Shown here in pieces: positions 58,151 to 64,000 of a stretch of 64,000 nt of DNA. Within the stretch, counting starts at the first letter, position 1. Each line of letters begins with the position of its first letter. Below the pieces are notes generated by a model. It searched no databases and was not told the origin of the DNA. It saw nothing but the letters and a program-made list of their open reading frames with translations. Origin of the DNA: Candidatus Eiseniibacteriota bacterium (GTDB taxonomy: Bacteria; Eisenbacteria; RBG-16-71-46; JABDJR01); contig CAVYIE010000005.1 of the NCBI GenBank assembly GCA_963768615.1, forward strand, positions 343,821-407,820, read 5' to 3'. Both the position numbers and the translations under genes were made by a program.

Positions 58151-58238
58151 CCCCGCCTCCACCCGGCGCCCGCCCCGCCTGCACCCGGCGCCCACCCCGC
58201 CTCCACCCGGCGCCCGCCCCGCCTGCACCCGGCCGCCC
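58151..58238. repeat. Four tandem 22-bp direct repeats (CCCCGCCTSCACCCGGCGCCCR) in the divergent promoter region between the LarA-like gene and the CDF transporter gene
   Basis: CCCCGCCT begins at 58151, 58173, 58195 and 58217. Confidence 0.7.
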
Positions 58239-58388
58239 CCCTCCGCCGCGCGAACGCCGGCGCCGTCTTCCGCTGACGGCGTCCGCCGCCGATGCTAGGC
58301 TCTGGAGTCGCTTCCCGGACGGTCGGCGCCGGGGACGGGGGGGGGGCCGCCCGCGGGCCGGGGCCGGGGATCGGGCAAGGAGGTCGTT

Positions 58389-59297
58389 TTGTCGCGGAAG
58401 AAGGCGTCGAAGGCGTCGCCCCAGGTCCTGGAGCGCGACCGGCAGGTCGGCCGGGTGCTCTGGATCGTGCTCTTCCTGAACCTCCTGGTGGCGGCCCTCA
58501 AGCTGGTGTTCGGCTTCCTCTCCGGCGCCATCAGCATGATCGCCGACGGCTTCCATTCCACCCTGGACGGCTCCAGCAACATCGTGGGCCTGGTGGGCAT
58601 GAAGGTGGCGGGGAAGGCTCCGGACGAGGAGCATCCCTACGGCCACCGCAAGTTCGAGGCCCTGGCCGCGCTCGGGATCTCGCTCTTCCTCTTCGTCACC
58701 TGCTACGAGATCGTGACCTCGGTCATCGGGCGCCTGCACGAGAGCCATCACGTGGACGCCCGCCCCATCACCTTCGCGGTGATGGTCTTCACCATGGTCG
58801 TCAACTTCTTCGTCACCCGCTACGAGCGGCGGCAAGGGCAAGCGCTCCGCAGCATGATCCTCCTCGCCGATTCCAAGCACACCCAGAGCGACATCTTCGC
58901 CAGCTTCGGGGTGCTGATCTCCCTGGGGGCGGCGGCGCTGAACGTCCAGATCCTGGATCTGGTGGTGGCCCTGGGGATCGCCGGATTCATCGCCTGGTCG
59001 GGTTACACCATCGTGGCCGAGGCCTTCTCCGTGCTCTCCGACGAACAGCGCCTGGACCCGGCGCGGGTGGCGGACATCGCCGCCGGGGTGGAGGGGATCA
59101 GCGAGGCGCACCGGATCCGGAGCCGGGGCCTTCCCGACGACATCCACGTGGATCTCCACGTGCACGTGCCCGCCCAGATGACCATCGGCCAGGCCCATGC
59201 CCTGGGGCACACCGTCTCCAAGCGGATCAAGGAGGACATCGGGGGGGTCACCGACGTGGTGGTCCACGTGGAGCCGGACGAGCCCCACCGGGAGTGA
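58389..59297 (+). CDS. Cation diffusion facilitator family metal efflux transporter (CzcD/FieF-like), full length with C-terminal cytoplasmic domain
   Basis: TTG start with AAGGAGG RBS. TM2 HSTLD and TM5 HTQSD metal-site motifs. C-terminal domain with DIHVDLHVHVPAQMTIGQAHALGHTV. Confidence 0.9.
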   Translation: MSRKKASKASPQVLERDRQVGRVLWIVLFLNLLVAALKLVFGFLSGAISMIADGFHSTLDGSSNIVGLVGMKVAGKAPDEEHPYGHRKFEALAALGISLFLFVTCYEIVTSVIGRLHESHHVDARPITFAVMVFTMVVNFFVTRYERRQGQALRSMILLADSKHTQSDIFASFGVLISLGAAALNVQILDLVVALGIAGFIAWSGYTIVAEAFSVLSDEQRLDPARVADIAAGVEGISEAHRIRSRGLPDDIHVDLHVHVPAQMTIGQAHALGHTVSKRIKEDIGGVTDVVVHVEPDEPHRE

Positions 59298-59692
59298 CGT
59301 CTGCGCCTACCCTCACCCGAAAAAAACGGTTGAGTTTATCCGTTATCGGGTGTAGCGTTCCCCGCCACGATTCAGGTGATTGTTCGGCAATCAGTTAGCC
59401 AGAAATCCGTCCCGGGCCCGCCCCATCTGTTTTGTGGAAATGTGTTTTTCAGGGAACACAAAGGGGTCCGGGAGGTAATAGCGTATGCCGACGCGAAGGG
59501 AGGCCGGCGGGGTTCGCCCCAGGCTCCCGCGTCAACGGGTTTGGGGGCCTACCCTGTGGCATTGGTGCCCTCCGGATGGTGTCGACTTTACTGGCATCTT
59601 AAGTCCGGGCGGCCACGGTGCAGACGGGGGCGGGACCCCCCTTCTTTCCCGGCTCGGTCCGGGAAACGCCCCGGCGCAGACCGGGGCCGTCA

Positions 59693-59750
59693 GCGAGAGA
59701 GACACGCGAGAGACACGCGAGAGAGACACGCGAGACCTCCATCGAGACAG
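59693..59750. repeat. Short imperfect microsatellite (GAGAGAGACACGC / GAGAGACACGC, about 3.5 copies)
   Basis: Read from the sequence within a 600-bp non-coding region. Confidence 0.6.
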
Positions 59751-59800
59751 ACGAGAGCAGACACGGACACGCGCCGGGCTCCCCGCCCGGCCCGGAAATC

Positions 59801-59832
59801 GCCCGCCGACCCCCGGCGGGCGTTTTCTTTTT
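59801..59832 (+). terminator. Rho-independent terminator (GCCCGCCGacccCGGCGGGC plus GTTTTCTTTTT) on the plus strand, followed by a second GC hairpin (CCGGAGGGAGGATCCCTCCGCCGG)
   Basis: Perfect 8-bp stem followed by a T-tract. Lies 500 bp downstream of the nearest plus-strand CDS, suggesting an unannotated plus-strand transcript ends here. Confidence 0.55.
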
Positions 59833-59901
59833 CGCCCGGAGGGAGGATCCCTCCGCCGGGCCGGCCTCCCGCGCCGGGAGGTCCCCCCGGAACGGCCCCG
59901 C

Positions 59902-60741
59902 TCAGCCCAGGGCCGACCGGAACCACTCCACGGTCCGGGTCAGGACCCGGTCCAGGTCCGGCGGGGTGCCGGTGAAGGGGTGGGCGGCCCCGAAGGTGTG
60001 GCCGGCGCCGTTGATGAGCGCCAGCTTCCCCATGCCCGGGGGCAGGGCCCGGGCCAGGCGGTCGGCCTCCATCACGGGCACCGACTCGTCGCGGGTCCCG
60101 TGCACGATGAGGGTGGGGACCCGCATCCTCCCCGCGGCCAGCACCGGGTCGTAGGCCTCGGCGTGGGACTCGATGTCCTCGAGCAGGCCCACCCCGACCC
60201 GGAAGATCTGCCCGGTGCGGGCGTTCTCCACCTCCAGGTACCCCTGCTCGCGCCACCGGCGTATCTGGTCCTCGTCGTACCGGCGGAAGGTGCCCACCGC
60301 CGCCCAGGTGACCAGGGCCCGAACCCGGGGGTCCCGGCTGGCCCGGACCAGCGCCACCCCGCCGCCCCGGCTGTGACCGAGCAGGCCCAGCTTGCGGACG
60401 TCGGCCCCCCCCAGGGGAAGCCGGCGGTTCGACACCGCGTCCAGGATCGCGCCCAGGTCGTCGAGCTGCTTCCCCACCGTATCCGCCTCGAAGCGGTCCA
60501 GCTCGGTGAAGTTCTGGAAGTCCTCGCCGATTCCCGATCCGGAGAAGTTGAAGGTGGCCAGGACCATGCCCGCGGCGGCGAACCGAGCGCCGGTCTCGGG
60601 CCAGAATCCCCAGTCCTTGAAACCCTTGAAGCCGTGGCAGCCGACCACCACCGGCGCCCCCAGGACGTCGTCGGGAAGGTAGAGGTCCCCGTGCAGGGGG
60701 CCGTGGGGAGGCTCGGGAACCTGGAAGGACACCCGCTTCAT
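59902..60741 (-). CDS. Alpha/beta hydrolase (dienelactone hydrolase / esterase-like)
   Basis: 279 aa. Nucleophile elbow GHSRGG, and a C-terminal His in GAGH. Confidence 0.8.
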   Translation of the reverse strand: MKRVSFQVPEPPHGPLHGDLYLPDDVLGAPVVVGCHGFKGFKDWGFWPETGARFAAAGMVLATFNFSGSGIGEDFQNFTELDRFEADTVGKQLDDLGAILDAVSNRRLPLGGADVRKLGLLGHSRGGGVALVRASRDPRVRALVTWAAVGTFRRYDEDQIRRWREQGYLEVENARTGQIFRVGVGLLEDIESHAEAYDPVLAAGRMRVPTLIVHGTRDESVPVMEADRLARALPPGMGKLALINGAGHTFGAAHPFTGTPPDLDRVLTRTVEWFRSALG

Positions 60742-61090
60742 GGCCGGGCCTCCCGGAGGGCGCTGTCTGAGGGGGGGAGCGCGTCCCGAGGCTCCGGCGG
60801 GGGCAAGAAAACGCCGCCACAGCAGACTTGCTGGCCGCTATAGCAAGCCTGCCCGCCGAACGGGGATTCCGACGGTGTGGCGGCAAGGCCAACTGTAGGC
60901 CCGGCCTCCCCCTCGGTCAAGCGGTATGTGAAAAAATGAGAGAACATGGCGATTTGCCTCCCTGGAAGCATGCTAACCGTTGATTCTTGCGGAATGTACA
61001 GTCTCAGCGAGCCGGAGTTTCAGCCCGGCGCGGGGCCCCCCACCGGCCCCTCCGCGGGACCCCTACGGCCCCTCCGCGGGCCGAAACCGG

Positions 61091-62800
<1,710 letters not shown>

Positions 62801-62946
62801 GGACGAGATCCTCCTCCAAGACTGGAACCAAGCGGTCAGTCTATCATTGTCCTCCCGGCCCTTCCGTCCCCGGACGGTCGCGTTGTCCGGGGGCGGGAGA
62901 CGGTGCTAGGTTTCCCGCAGGTCCAACCACCCCAGGAGACCGTTTG

Positions 62947-64000
62947 GTGGATTCACCGCCCTCCGTCCGTCCCGGCGAGGAGGGAGAACCCGCGGCCCAC
63001 GAACACCGGCACCGGCGCATCCTGGCCGTGGTCAACCCGGTGGCCGGGCCCCGAGGCTCCCAGCGCGCCGCCCGAGACCTGCGCGAGCGGGCCTCGCGGC
63101 TCGGCGTGGACCTCGACGTGGTGGAGACCCGGGCCGACTTCGACGGGGCGCAGGCGGTGGACTCGGTGGAGGGACACGCGGGGTACGACTGCTACCTGGT
63201 CCTGGGAGGGGACGGGACGGTGATGGAGGTGGCGGGCGCGGCCATGCGCGACGACCTCCCGCTGGCCATCATCCCCCGGGGAACGGCCAACGCGGTGGCC
63301 TGGCACTTCGGGATCCCCTTCGACGTGGGCCAGGCGCTCAGGGTGGCCATGGACGGCCGCCCCCTCCGGATCGACATGGCCCGCACCGGGGACCGGGACT
63401 TCCTGATCATGGCCGGCCTGGGTTACGACGCCGCGATCATCCGCGACGCCACCCGGAGTCTCAAGCGCCGCTTCGGGTTCCTGGCCTACCTGTACGCCGC
63501 GCTCAAGAACGTCGGCCGCCGCCCCAATACCTTCCGCATCCACCTCGACGACCGCCCCGCCATCCGCGTGCGGGGGGTGAGCGCGGTCGTCACCAACATC
63601 GGCACCCTGGCCGGCAACCTGCGCCTGGTCCGGCAGGTGGATCCCCGGGACGGCCGCCTGGACGTGATCGTGGTCTCGATGCAGAACTTCGGGGACTTCT
63701 TCCGGTTGGTGTTCTGGGGGATCCTGGGCAAGCTGGAGCAGGATCCCCGGGTCCGCTACTACCAGGCCTCGCGCGTGCGCCTGGAGTGCCGTCCCGCCGC
63801 GCCCCTCGAGATCGACGGGGACTCGGTTCCCGAGCCCCACCGGGAGCTGGTCGCCGAGGTCCTGCCCCGGGCCCTCACCCTCATGGTCCCCACCGAGGGG
63901 CGGAGCCGCTTCCCCTGGATGCCGGACGTGACCTGGACCCCCTCGGCCATCAACCTGCCTCGGGGTCCCTTCTCGGGACGCAGCGACCGCAACGCCACCT
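62947..64000 (+). CDS. Diacylglycerol kinase catalytic-domain lipid kinase (YegS/DgkA-like, DAGK_cat), 3'-partial (runs off the window)
   Basis: GTG start with AGGAGA RBS. ILAVVNPVAGPRGS...YLVLGGDGTVMEVAGA...AIIPRGTANAVA is the DAGK_cat signature (GGDGT). No stop before nt 64000. Not in the ORF track because it is unterminated. Confidence 0.8.
   Translation, partial: MDSPPSVRPGEEGEPAAHEHRHRRILAVVNPVAGPRGSQRAARDLRERASRLGVDLDVVETRADFDGAQAVDSVEGHAGYDCYLVLGGDGTVMEVAGAAMRDDLPLAIIPRGTANAVAWHFGIPFDVGQALRVAMDGRPLRIDMARTGDRDFLIMAGLGYDAAIIRDATRSLKRRFGFLAYLYAALKNVGRRPNTFRIHLDDRPAIRVRGVSAVVTNIGTLAGNLRLVRQVDPRDGRLDVIVVSMQNFGDFFRLVFWGILGKLEQDPRVRYYQASRVRLECRPAAPLEIDGDSVPEPHRELVAEVLPRALTLMVPTEGRSRFPWMPDVTWTPSAINLPRGPFSGRSDRNAT

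Noticed and set aside
59440-59470. SRP (4.5S) RNA helix-8-like motif GGGGTCCGGGAGGTAATAGCG (compare AGGUCCGGAAGGAAGCAGCC)
   Set aside because: The flanking sequence cannot form the closing helix of the SRP RNA hairpin (no complementarity between the 5' and 3' arms). The resemblance is limited to the GNRA-loop segment.
59376-59975. 199-aa plus-strand ORF in the non-coding region before the terminator
   Set aside because: Composition is Arg/Pro/Gly-dominated and it runs through the GAGAGACACGC microsatellite and the terminator hairpin. Not protein-like.

Overview
This window is a high-GC (about 70% GC) stretch of a bacterial chromosome centred on the replication origin; findings that follow reflect manual reading of the sequence and ORF track, and any homology statements are from recall, not database searches. 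The minus-strand core is dnaA - dnaN - DUF721 (DciA-like) - gyrB, with gyrA and rex further along. An oriC with several TTATCCACA-type DnaA boxes and an AT-rich unwinding element sits between dnaA and rpmH. The plus-strand block rpmH - rnpA - yidD - yidC - jag - mnmE - mnmG - rsmG - parA - parB follows, then an M23 peptidase and a bactofilin. Between rsmG and parA lies a 1.6-kb non-coding tract holding two near-consensus parS sites and two arrays of 97-bp tandem repeats. An inverted, rearranged copy of the same repeat material sits at 2.4-2.9 kb. The left half of the window is mostly transport: a TetR - TolC-like - MFP - RND operon, a second MFP - RND pair inserted between queD and queE, a CzcCBA-type heavy-metal RND operon preceded by a small Cys-rich secreted protein, two CDF transporters (one lacking its C-terminal domain), MscS, and a DAACS symporter. 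Other points are an operon of a DEDDh exonuclease fused to a WYL-like C-terminal domain with an AsnB-type amidotransferase, two unrelated secreted proteins sharing a roughly 20-aa C-terminal tag, and a translationally coupled pair of paralogous beta-barrel-like OMPs. No rRNA, tRNA, CRISPR array, transposase or integrase was recognised. Many long ORFs in the six-frame track are GC-skew artefacts on the strand opposite real genes or over repeats.
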